A DNA stretch of 32,045 bases from Octopus bimaculoides (lineage: Eukaryota). Positions 11,376-22,263 of this stretch are shown here, piece after piece. How positions within the stretch are numbered: the first letter of the stretch is position 1; every line of letters begins with the position of its first letter. The DNA lies in contig NC_068987.1 of NCBI RefSeq assembly GCF_001194135.2, positions 97,558,730-97,590,774 on the forward strand, written 5' to 3'. The notes under the pieces were generated by a model. The model had not been told where the DNA came from. It made no database searches and worked only from the letters and a program-made list of their open reading frames with translations. The translations under genes and the position numbers were made by a program.

Positions 11376-12425
11376 TGTCTTCACATTTTCTTGAGCGTGA
11401 ACCTAATATACGTTATTAATTCGTTTTTTTTGTATCTCGTTGTCCAGTTCTTTCTTTTTTTTCTTAATTTTAATTTTTGTACAATATACATGTGTGCGTA
11501 TTTTCAGAAAATGAAAGATAGAGAGATGAGCGTAAAAAGGCGAAGGACACCGACAATTAACTAATTACACACCGACAATTACACACACATTAGCTAATGC
11601 ATACAGGCCTATATACGTGCATAATTTTCGTCACCAAAGACGTATATGGGGGGTGTGCTTGAATCTACAGTGTTATATAAAGTTCCTCGAACAACTATTG
11701 TAGGAACAATTTTACGTTGTAACAATTACAGAAATTTATTCTCAAATATTTTAAGAGCAACAAAACTGTTTTATTAAATTACCATGTTTCTAGATATATT
11801 TAGTTGATGTACGTTTGATTATGTGGTGAGTTATCATTATTTCGTGTTCATCAGTTTTTATTGCTATCTAATGTAATAATCTCTTTAAATATCACAATGA
11901 AATATTGTGCAAATGCATCGAGAGTATACGTTCTTCTTGGAACATGCATGTATTTTGCACCTGATGAGCCTTGTTAAACACAATTAGGGATGACACACTA
12001 ACGTACACAAAGTAACTTTAATATGGTACCAACGAATACACTGCAGAAAGTGTTAAAACAACCCATAATCAACCGAGCAAAGACGATGCCTCACTTGGCT
12101 ATCGCACCAGGAAGTTTAAAATTTGTAAACTTTAACGTAAGTTTTATAACTTCGGGAGGTAGTTCCAGACTAAAAATATTTTGGAACAAAACCTAATTTA
12201 CAACATTTTGTGCTAAAGTTTACCAATAATGTGATTTCAGAATAACTATTTGGAAGAGTATAAAATTCTTTGGACAACACCTGTGGTTCTAAATTTCTTT
12301 GACACGTAACGCACATGCACACGTGGGCGCGCGCGCATGTACCTGTGTTCATGGATATAATATTTCTTTGATCGAGTATACATATTTTCTTAAATTAATG
12401 CTTATATAGGTATAATCCATTGTTT

Positions 12426-12426
<1 letters not shown>

Positions 12427-12515
<89 letters not shown>

Positions 12516-12575
12516 ACACACACTCACACACACGCATATATATATATATATACCACACACACACACATATATACA
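12427..12575. repeat. (CA)n microsatellite with a short TA tract
   Basis: Read directly. Confidence 0.95.
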
Positions 12576-13387
12576 TATAATCATAATCCAAATGAGTAGT
12601 ATACCGCAAGCAACTCTCCAGGCCAAAGTATTTCGATCGAATCCCCAACAAGTTAATACGGTATCGACATATGCGTATATACACAAATAAAAAAAAAACG
12701 TGCACCCACGCATATACAAGGCTTATGTTCGGTGGGGTTCAACTAGTACATCGATTCAACGTCCGGAGAGGTAAAGAAGCGTATGAATATCTGATGGGAC
12801 CGTCCTTGAAGAAGAAGAAACCCATTTGAAATTTGAAAGGGCCCCACCACCTCTACATTTGGTATTATAAACAGTTTTCTTTCACCTTGGAAATATCTTT
12901 CCGAAAGTTTGTATATACATAAATATATATGTGTGCATAGTTGTCTCTATACTGACATGTAAATATATATGTGTTTGCATGGGTACGTACACACCTTCTC
13001 CGTGTGTCTGTGAGTGGGTGTACCAAACTTGTTTAGAAAAAAAAATGCAGCATAGGAAAGTATAATCATATAGAAATGTATAGATAAAATGAACCTATAA
13101 ATAAAATAAAAGAACATTGCATTTGGCTGTGCTTCAACAATGAACAACAATAAAAACGACTTACTGCTTCACTAATCACAGATGAGTTTATCTGATGTTG
13201 TATATTTTACGAGTAAGAGAAATAAATATTTCATTTGAACATGACTAAATACATTGGTCGTTGGGTAATAACGATTGCTGCTTGGAGTGCTTAGTTATTT
13301 TATTTAGATTCACGCGGTATCACCATGCTCCTACTTTGTCTCTGCATTGAATTAATTTGCGTCACTATCTCTTATTTTTACTTTCCT

Positions 13388-13419
<32 letters not shown>

Positions 13420-13822
13420 NNNNNNNNNNNNNNNNNNNNNNNNNNNNNNNNNNNNNNNNNNNNNNNNNNNNNNNNNNNNNNNNNNNNNNNNNNNNNNNNN
13501 NNNNNNNNNNNNNNNNNNNNNNNNNNNNNNNNNNNNNNNNNNNNNNNNNNNNNNNNNNNNNNNNNNNNNNNNNNNNNNNNNNNNNNNNNNNNNNNNNNNN
13601 NNNNNNNNNNNNNNNNNNNNNNNNNNNNNNNNNNNNNNNNNNNNNNNNNNNNNNNNNNNNNNNNNNNNNNNNNNNNNNNNNNNNNNNNNNNNNNNNNNNN
13701 NNNNNNNNNNNNNNNNNNNNNNNNNNNNNNNNNNNNNNNNNNNNNNNNNNNNNNNNNNNNNNNNNNNNNNNNNNNNNNNNNNNNNNNTCTATCTCTCTGT
13801 CTCTGTCTCTCTCTCTCACTCA

Positions 13823-13866
<44 letters not shown>

Positions 13867-14096
13867 GCGTATATGTATATATACATACACACATGTGTGA
13901 GAGAGAGAGAGCGAGTGGGACTCTATATTTCTTGTGCAGGAACGAAAGAAAATACAAGAGAGAAGAATTTAAGTTATGGTAAAGATTTAACAGACGCTTA
14001 ATTAAATTATATAGTTGCTGCCCCATTATGAAGAGCATCATTACTTGCAAACACCACAAAGAGCTCACTCCCAGTTGAAACTATTGAGACCCTGGA

Positions 14097-14520
14097 GCTT
14101 GTTCACTCGATCAGGGGTGCATGATTAATTCCAAAATATATGAGGCAGAAGTTACGGCAACTCTACTTGATAACCTAACCGGAAAGAATTACACCGGTTT
14201 ATGCGAAGGTGACTTCAAACAATGCTATGCTAACCACCTGTCGTCATGCTGGCACATAGACAAATGTAAAGCCATTAAATTGGCTAGCCACGTGTGAGGT
14301 TTGAAGGCCAACTAAACACCGAATAAAATCAAGTGAAAAATCGTAGAAACCCCAAGCCTTCGTTAATGGATAAAAAAATGCGTACTATAGGATCGCATGT
14401 CTATTTATATCTCAGAATTCCACCGCACTGCTGAATTCCAGGTCTGAAATTTTCAACAAAAGCAAACATATAGACAAATTTCTTTTGGTGAAGTGGAGAA
14501 CATTGCCCTCTGTGGATTGA
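14097..14520 (+). mobile_element. Penelope-like retroelement C-terminal GIY-YIG endonuclease remnant
   Basis: Translates as ACSLDQGCMINSKIYEAEVTATLLDNLTGKNYTGLCEGDFKQCYANHLSS...LASHV*GLKAN*TPNKIK*KIVE and, after a frame change, LLNSRSEIFNKSKHIDKFLL. This matches the PLE pattern CPL.G.C....VIY.A.V...Y.G.TE..FK.RY.NH..S...LS.HIW.LK...I.W.I...LN.RSE....C.H..KFLL. Several stops are present. Confidence 0.82.
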
Positions 14521-14761
14521 AGAGCTGTATTTCAGATTTTAAACCCCTTCCATTGATTCTACGCCATCTCGCCATACGACTCTACATTGAAAGGGGGCAT
14601 AACTGTTTCTCTTTTAAAGCCACATTCATCTATTTTTTTTACCATGATTTCTCTTATTCCGTTGTCCTGGTTCGTAACTTGTATAGGCCATATGCACAGA
14701 GTCCAAAGATAACTTAGAGAGGCTAGGTGCATTTTAAAATCTTCCTAGATAATGCCTTCTA

Positions 14762-14806
14762 TGTATGAAACTATCAGTAGCTCACAACTATGTACCGTGT
14801 CCATAA

Positions 14807-14845
<39 letters not shown>

Positions 14846-14884
14846 ACGCGGTATATAGTTGTGAACTACTAATAGTTTGATACA
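14762..14884. mobile_element. MITE-like inverted repeat with a central (TA)n microsatellite
   Basis: tgtatgaaactatcagtagctcacaactatgtaccgtg (14762-14799) versus the reverse complement of 14847-14884 (tgtatcaaactattagtagttcacaactatataccgcg): about 5 mismatches in 38. A similar end, gagctactaatagtttca, recurs at about 31857-31874. Confidence 0.75.
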
Positions 14885-14955
14885 CAAGAGATAGTATCTA
14901 GGTATGATTTAAAAGGTGACTAATGTCTCCAAGTTATATATACATATACACGCAT

Positions 14956-15118
14956 AATGATGCCACCCCGTTGGCTCGGCCAACAGGCCAACATTCCTCC
15001 TAATCGAAAGGGAGGCTGGAGCAAAGAACACAACACACCGCCCAGTCAGGGAATCGAACCCACAATCTAGCGATCTAGTGGCTAGCGAGCCAAGCCACTA
15101 GGCCACGCAACTTCACAC
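14956..15118 (-). mobile_element. tRNA-derived SINE, internally deleted
   Basis: The reverse complement has an A box (gcgtggcctagtgg), a B box (ggttcgattccc) and then tgtgttgtgttc as in the 9280 copy. Most of the CORE domain is missing. Confidence 0.7.
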
Positions 15119-15148
15119 GCATATATACATATATACTATAATTATATA

Positions 15149-15293
15149 CGAGAGGTGGTGAAAAGTTCCTGGCTCTGAGTAAAAGAAAATACAGGAGAAT
15201 CAGTTAATTATGCTTTTATTCAACATATTCACACACATTCTCAGATTCACACACTTCGTGCAGAGGTCCTTCAGCCTATCTAAGACCTGTAAA
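15149..15293 (-). mobile_element. 3' end of the same mariner-derived family as 10844-11053
   Basis: TA then TIR cgagaggtggtgaaaagttcctggct. The reverse complement encodes LQVLDRLKDLCTKCVNLR...EYVE* and aligns by eye to 10925-11040. Confidence 0.8.
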
Positions 15294-15320
15294 TGACATT
15301 TCGCGATATCCTTAGATCCA

Positions 15321-15322
<2 letters not shown>

Positions 15323-15376
<54 letters not shown>
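15323..15376. repeat. (TA)n microsatellite
   Basis: Read directly. Confidence 0.95.
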
Positions 15377-15379
<3 letters not shown>

Positions 15380-15784
15380 CTATGAGGAGGTCGTGTATTT
15401 GTCACCTATATATAATATACCATTAGAAAGCACGTACGGAGTGTACCGAGAGACGGCAACACTACAGAACATTTAACCAGCTCGGGATATACCTTGGTGC
15501 TCGCGATAAATCACAATCATTGTGTATGGGAAATTTCCAAGAGAAAATATCTTTAGCTTAATGAATTGCACGTTTCTTTGTACTAGAGGAGAGAAATATT
15601 TCTGCTTTTCCTTGTAAGATTGTCGTTATACTTTCTGGAATTGTTTACAGAACTTATGTTAAACGTGCTTATGAGTATAGAACTAAGATTTCATGACATT
15701 CTTTGCTCAAACTGATCTACAAATATCTGTATCCCTCTAAGCATTTCTTGTCAACACAGAGTCTCTATGCGTTCTTAAAAGCTG

Positions 15785-15955
15785 AAAAAATAGCAGCCAA
15801 ACTCACTGTTCAGATGACAACCTGCCGTCTAAAGTTGGAATGACACTGTGTTTGAGATATGTCAAACAGTGCGGTGAACCACGTCGGATGGAATGCCGTT
15901 GTTCTTCTACTTGGCTTGATCAGGTATGCTCTAAGCCTAAAGAATAACAACAGCA
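15785..15955 (+). mobile_element. Possible 3' part of a SINE with (AAC)n-like tail
   Basis: aaatagcagccaaa...ggatggaatgcc...gatcagg...aataacaacagcaac resembles a SINE 3' segment I associate with octopus repeats. No 5' tRNA part is visible. Confidence 0.3.
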
Positions 15956-16080
15956 ACACATACCACTGTATGAATGAGGAAATTTATTTAAGTTTTTTTC
16001 TGAAATCTAATGTAAGAATATACTTTCTGTAACTTCAGTGTTCCTCAATGAAAAAGAGTTGTACTGTAAATCAAAGGGGT

Positions 16081-16200
16081 GTATGTGTATGTATGTATGT
16101 ATGTATGTATGTATGTATGTATGTATGTATGTATGTATGTATATACTGTAAATCAAAGGAGTGTGTATGTATGTATGTATGTATGTATGTGCATGTGTAT
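16081..16200. repeat. (ATGT)n microsatellite, interrupted by a second copy of tactgtaaatcaaagg
   Basis: tactgtaaatcaaagg occurs at about 16061 and about 16143, each followed by gtgtatgt repeats. Confidence 0.9.
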
Positions 16201-17128
16201 GTGTAAGTGCGTGTATATCTCAGCGTGTGACTGTGTGTATATATTCCTACGTGTGTGTGAGCGTGGCAAAATTGAATCCGAACAATCGAGTAAAGAACAT
16301 TTAATAAATTCATAAAATGATAAAAATCGTGTGCCTCAAGCAGAGGTGTTTCCTAACATTTCGAAAACGGCTTTTCTTCAAAGTAAAAATCTATTGGAAA
16401 TGTCAGAACATCCTCTTATTCACTTTTACTGATTTTCTTGCAAGTTTTTGCCGGCGCAGTTTATGAATAGTTTTTTTTTTCGGGCTTTAGCATTTTCTCC
16501 TCTTGCTATTCACCGATTCCTTCGACACTAGTCTCATTTCTCCTAAATCGTACTCCTTATGAAAGAAATTATTCCTCTCTCCTCACGGCCTATGTTATGA
16601 AGTGTATTACTACCATGAATATTCATTCCCGAAAATATTTTTGTCTATTGAATCAATTTGCTTAGATAGTAACGCAAAAGAATGAATTCCTAATAGCCAA
16701 ATAAGAGCACAAATGAAATGTTATAGGCAAATGCATTCGCAAATCAATACTGAAGCACTAGAAAATGTAAAACCGTCTAGATAACTTCGAATGATAATGA
16801 TATTCCGTTCGGTATCAACTGCCACATATCAAACTGCAGTTGCTTTGGAAAGTGATATGAAATGATCCATTGGAATGATTCTGCCAATTAAATGGACCAA
16901 AACGACTGCATGTATTAGGTGTGACAACTCTTCTTTTAAATTTAAATTACTGGGTGCAATTTTCAATGAATGGAAATGTCTAGTGAATAGTAAATATTCG
17001 ATGGTTGAATGTATTGCATAATTGCAGCAGTTTTAATTCAAGTTTTTAAAAAGAATCATCGTAGTTTTAGCTTCTACACTTCGTTAATAAATGTGAGCGT
17101 CAGTCAAATGCACAAACATACCTTACCG

Positions 17129-17131
17129 CAC

Positions 17132-17217
<86 letters not shown>

Positions 17218-17240
17218 TCACTCACTCACTCACGCACACG
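17129..17240. repeat. (CA)n/(CTCA)n microsatellite
   Basis: Read directly. Confidence 0.95.
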
Positions 17241-17719
17241 CACAAACACATACAAACTAGACAAGAGTTTCAACACCTTCCACATTAGGCACTCTGAGAC
17301 GGATAACATATGTCAAGTGGACTTTTAGTTTCACCAACGAGATTCTATCAAGTTTTATGACACCTAGCTCCTTCATCTTTCTAGCAACAGCATCTTAGCT
17401 AGCTGGGGTACGTCAGGCGTAGGAATTCTAGACGAAATGCTATAAGGGGATCGGCACTCTGCAAGACAGTTCAAGGTTAATACCGTCTTTCTTTTAAAGA
17501 TATCTGAAAGTGGAATATGAAATATCTTAAAATGAATGTAGAAAGGTAGGGAAGATATCTTAGTTGATAACACCCACTAAGGGTTGAAGCTAGGCAGTGG
17601 TATAGAATTACTAGGTGGGAGGTTCAGTTAGCTGTTGAAGGAAAAATGGTACCCGATGAAAAAATACTGCACCAGGACAATACTGCACCAGAAATTAATT
17701 TCAAACGCATTTACTGCAG

Positions 17720-17784
17720 GCGGGAATGTCACACTTGTATCACTTTCTAAATCTATAGCCGCTGCAGGGATCAACATTATCGAC
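17720..17784 (+). CDS. Weak candidate coding exon (GGNVTLVSLSKSIAAAGINIID), unidentified product
   Basis: Acceptor catttactgcag|g and donor gac|gtaagc; 65 bp, open in phase 1 to 0. No recognised homology. Confidence 0.25.
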
Positions 17785-18018
17785 GTAAGCTCTTTGGGCG
17801 CAGACCCATGTTCCTGTGACGCTAACGAATAATTCACTATAGTCCCACATATTCTTACGTTTAAAAAGCTAAAGTTTATTTCATTCACGCGCACACATAT
17901 ATATATATACTTACATATCTACACACATTTGTATATACACATACACTCATACACAAAGCAATTTCCTTTCAATATTCATCTGCATGCTTTTTACCCTCGA
18001 CATGACATGCTTGTCATA

Positions 18019-18052
<34 letters not shown>

Positions 18053-18103
18053 GCGCGCGCGCACGCGCGCGCAAAAGTGGGCATAGTTTGTTTATTAGCA
18101 AAC

Positions 18104-19239
18104 ATAGTTGTTGAAATTGCACATGTTGGTAGAGTAACTCTTCCTCTATAGTAAATCTTGTTCTTCATTGCTGGTAAATAATGGGTTCCAAGCAGAAGCA
18201 GGTGATGCCATTGAGTTCTTAATGCATGGAGAGTGTAGGCTGTCCCACGAAAGGTTTTAGGGTGTTTAAGATGGCGCCACTGAAATGAATAATGTGTAAT
18301 TTGATGACGAATTCTAGAGGGAAGACTTCCATTGAAGGCAAACTATGCAGTTTGGGACCATCAACTGCGACCAATGACACGAATCATGAATGAGTAGACA
18401 AACTGATTCACGTAGACACACAAGTCATGATCCGTGATATTCCTTTACAGTTGGACTGTGGGGTCACAATATATTACAAAAGATGGAGATAGTTTTGGGG
18501 TATCAGAAGGTGAGTACAAATTGAGCACGCCGGTTGTTGACATCTGATTTGAAGGAGCAAAGTGCAGAAATTTGCTTTGATCTGCTGGAAGCGTTTAAAA
18601 TCAATGAAGAAAGTTTCTTTTCCTCGATTTGGTGACAAAGGATGAAACGTGGTCGTATTTCTGCGATCCGGAAATGACAACTTGGTCCATGGAATAGCAC
18701 CACATCTCTTGTGAAAAGCCTAAATTGGTAATCGAGAAAGAAAGTTCAATGTGACTGTTTTGAGCAATGACAAAGTTGTTATTCTGGTTGGTTATCTGGA
18801 ACGTGGTTTTAACGTGAAGAGCAAGTGCTGCACTCAAAAAGCATTGAGAAGTCGTTAAGGGGAAGATACTGATCAAGGCCCTAAAAACGATCTATGTCCT
18901 CCATGAAGATATGCAACCACACGACCATTTGCAACAAATGGACACTTTACAAATCGGGCCTGCCAATGCTACCCTACCTATTGTACATGTACAGTTAGAG
19001 TTTCACCTCTTCGATTCAATGACGAACAATCTTCAAGGACAATAGTTTGTTGACAAAAAGCGAGTTTAGAACGGTTGTGAAGTAGTGGGTACAGCAGGGC
19101 GCATCGAGAATGGGATTCAGCGCTGGCACAAATGCATCGCTTGTGATGGAAACTATGTTGAAGAATTTGGTATAGAAACTTTGAATATTCTTTTTTGTAG
19201 AAGAGACCCTCTACAAACGTGCAATTTTAACGACCTGCA
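18104..19239 (+). mobile_element. Nearly full-length decayed mariner (DD34D-type) transposon with both TIRs
   Basis: Left TIR agttgttgaaattgcacatgttggtagagtaactcttc (about 18106-18143) versus the reverse complement of the right end aggtcgttaaaattgcacgtttgtagagggtctcttc (about 19200-19237). Pseudo-transposase from the ATG at 18181: AIEFL..., GKTSIEG...GPSTATND (HTH), LGYQKVSTN*ARRLLT (WVPRLL motif), LVTKDETW (18641), VLHEDMQPH, EFHLFDSM, QRWHKCIACDGNYVEE (to about 19165). Many stops and frameshifts. Confidence 0.92.
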
Positions 19240-19441
19240 TTAGGTATTAAAAAAATGTTGTGTTCACTTTTCTATTACTTTCAAGGCAGCCCTCACTTAC
19301 ATAGAATAAGTATTTGTATACATACATACATACATACATACATACATACGAACGTAAGTACATGTATATATACATACATGCGTCTATACATGCGTACGTA
19401 CGTATGTATGTATCTTTGCATGTGTGTGTGTGTATTTCATT

Positions 19442-19644
19442 CTTTTCCACTCTAGGCACAAGGCCCGAAATTTTGGGGGAGGGAGCTAGTCGACCACAGT
19501 ATGCAACTGGTACTTAATTTATCGCTTCCGAAAGGATTTAATGCAAAGTCGATTTCGGTGGAATTTGAACTCAGAACGTAAAGACAGACGAAATACCATT
19601 AAGCATTTCGCCCGGCGCGCTAACGTTTCTGCCAACTCGCTGCC

Positions 19645-19645
<1 letters not shown>
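19442..19645 (-). mobile_element. tRNA-derived SINE (family shared with 23738-23938)
   Basis: The reverse complement reads aaggcagcgagttggcagaaacgttagcgcgccgggcgaaatgc...gagttcaaattcc (B box)...tcctttcggaagcgataaattaagtacc...cccaaaatttcgggccttgtgcctagagtggaaaag. Confidence 0.88.

Positions 19646-19731
<86 letters not shown>
19646..19731. repeat. (GT)n microsatellite
   Basis: Read directly; abuts the SINE head. Confidence 0.97.
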
Positions 19732-19734
<3 letters not shown>

Positions 19735-21530
19735 TATATTAAAACAGGATTATGTTTCAGTTTAATCGTGTTTTCGGATTTCTGCAGAAGCTCCTTGCAA
19801 GTTGGAAAAATTTATTTCTAAATTCATTGTTATTAACGTTCCCTCACCAACTTATGAAATATTGATGACTTTTGTACTGGCCCACTTTATAGTAGGTGAT
19901 TTTTGTTCCCTCCGACTGTATCGCCAGGATTTGACTGTTAAGAGTTCAACGCTATCAGACACGTATTTGGCCTTCAGAGTTCTATAACAATAGACCCGTG
20001 TTTATCCTGCTGTGACATATGTATGTGGCCGGCCTGTTTATTTTAGTTTCCTGTTGTTATATGATTATTACTTCAATAATTATTTATATTATTCTACGGA
20101 GAATTCTCTATAATATGTCAATATTGTCTCTTAATATTTTTCTATTTAGCATTGCTTTATGGTATATGACGCATTGTGTTTAAACCAACAATATATTGCG
20201 TACTCCACAAAAAATGACGGTTGAATATGGAATCAATTCTCTTATCAAAACATAAAGCTAAAATAAACACACAGACACCATATATACATCTCAAACACGA
20301 TAAACACGCGACTAATGACGTACGTGTCACCATAACGGTCAAAATACGTGCCGGATGATATGGAACACTAACGGTGAAATTCTGTTGATAAAATCTGTAC
20401 CAATACAAGTATCCGGCTATAAGACGGGTAGTATACAAACCATGACGCTTCGTTACCTGATAATGAGGCGTAGGTAATCTGGGAAGATTGGAAGCAATGA
20501 ATTTAGGAATGTTATTTCTTCGAACAAACTGCATAGATTTCTTTAGGAAAAAAAACAAAGATCAAAAAGAATGTGTCGAAGCATAGTCCTATTTTAAAAT
20601 ATAACATACCTAAAAAAGCAGCTCTCTATATACACATAGACGCGTGCGCGCACAGATTTATATTTGTATATATATATATATAATTATTACAAATTAAAAG
20701 GATAAAAGGGTTATCAATTTATTAATTAATAAATCAATTAACAATTAACAATTTTTTTACCAAGCCCATCGGTATGAAAGCACCATTATTGGTGGAGAAC
20801 TTATTCAAAAATTCATATATTTATAAATATAATNNNNNNNNNNNNNNNNNNNNNNNNNNNNNNNNNNNNNNNNNNNNNNNNNNNNNNNNNNNNNNNNNNN
20901 NNNNNNNNNNNNNNNNNNNNNNNNNNNNNNNNNNNNNNNNNNNNNNNNNNNNNNNNNNNNNNNNNNNNNNNNNNNNNNNNNNNNNNNNNNNNNNNNNNNN
21001 NNNNNNNNNNNNNNNNNNNNNNNNNNNNNNNNNNNNNNNNNNNNNNNNNNNNNNNNNNNNNNNNNNNNNNNNNNNNNNNNNNNNNNNNNNNNNNNNNNNN
21101 NNNNNNNNNNNNNNNNNNNNNNNNNNNNNNNNNNNNNNNNNNNNNNNNNNNNNNNNNNNNNNNNNNNNNNNNNNNNNNNNNNNNNNNNNNNNNNNNNNNN
21201 NNNNNNNNNNNNNNNNNNNNNNNNNNNNNNNNNNNNNNNNNNNNNNNNNNNNNNNNNNNNNNNNNNNNNNNNNNNNNNNNNNNNNNNNNNNNNNNNNNNN
21301 NNNNNNNNNNNNNNNNNNNNNNNNNNNNNNNNNNNNNNNNNNNNNNNNNNNNNNNNNNNNNNNNNNNNNNNNNNNNNNNNNNNNNNNNNNNNNNNNNNNN
21401 NNNNNNNNNNNNNNNNNNNNNNNNNNNNNNNNNNNNNNNNNNNNNNNNNNNNNNNNNNNNNNNNNNNNNNNNNNNNNNNNNNNNNNNNNNNNNNNNNNNN
21501 NNNNNNNNNNNNNNNNNNNNNNNNNNNTAG

Positions 21531-21575
<45 letters not shown>

Positions 21576-21941
21576 AGTGTGTGTGTGTATGTATGCATAC
21601 AAGCATGAATCTATGTATACACACCCACCCACACACAAACACACATATACACGTGTATGAATGAAGCAAATGGATCTATATTGTGATAAAGAGATGATAA
21701 TATCTGTTCTTGATAGTGTGTGCAAACATTATAAGAAGGGGGAAAAAAAGCGATAACCTTATTAAGAAAATAAAAGTAAAATAAAAGACGAACTAAAAAG
21801 AAGTAAATCCCAGTCTGATAAATTGATACATAAACAGAGTGATATATAGACAAACATGAAATGAATGAGGCCAAGCTAAAAGCAATTTCCTTCAATATTC
21901 GGCGAACCACTTCAGTTTCGTCGTCTGTAGTTGTAAGTAAA

Positions 21942-22188
21942 CTGACTTGTTAAACAACACATCTGTATTTTGTTTGAAGTAAATGAAGCAAATGGGATGT
22001 AAGTTGTTTTGTGTTTTAATAGTGACCTTGCCTTATATTGGTCGTTCATACATTGTAAAGTTTTTACATACGCTCACGCACATTCATAGATATATGAGTG
22101 TGAGCGTGAAGAGAAGTATGTATCCATATCAATACACACACACATATATATATTTATCTATGTATGTATGCATGTGTGTGTATATATA
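21942..22188 (+). repeat. 247-bp segment duplicated identically at 23298-23544 across an N gap
   Basis: Identical sequence at offset 1356; the ORF track gives the same peptide start MKQMGCKLFC... at 21983 and 23339. Confidence 0.9.
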
Positions 22189-22191
22189 CTA

Positions 22192-22262
<71 letters not shown>
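22192..22262. repeat. (CTAT)n microsatellite
   Basis: Read directly. Confidence 0.95.

Positions 22263-22263
<1 letters not shown>

Noticed and set aside
11961-11995. ctgatgagcc...taggg
   Set aside because: No GAAA follows the possible helix II.
21850-21932. Possible exon ending gtt|gtaagt, and an overlapping minus-strand open frame DETEVVRRILKEIAF
   Set aside because: The plus-strand acceptor has no pyrimidine tract, the minus-strand frame has no good donor, and neither shows recognisable homology.
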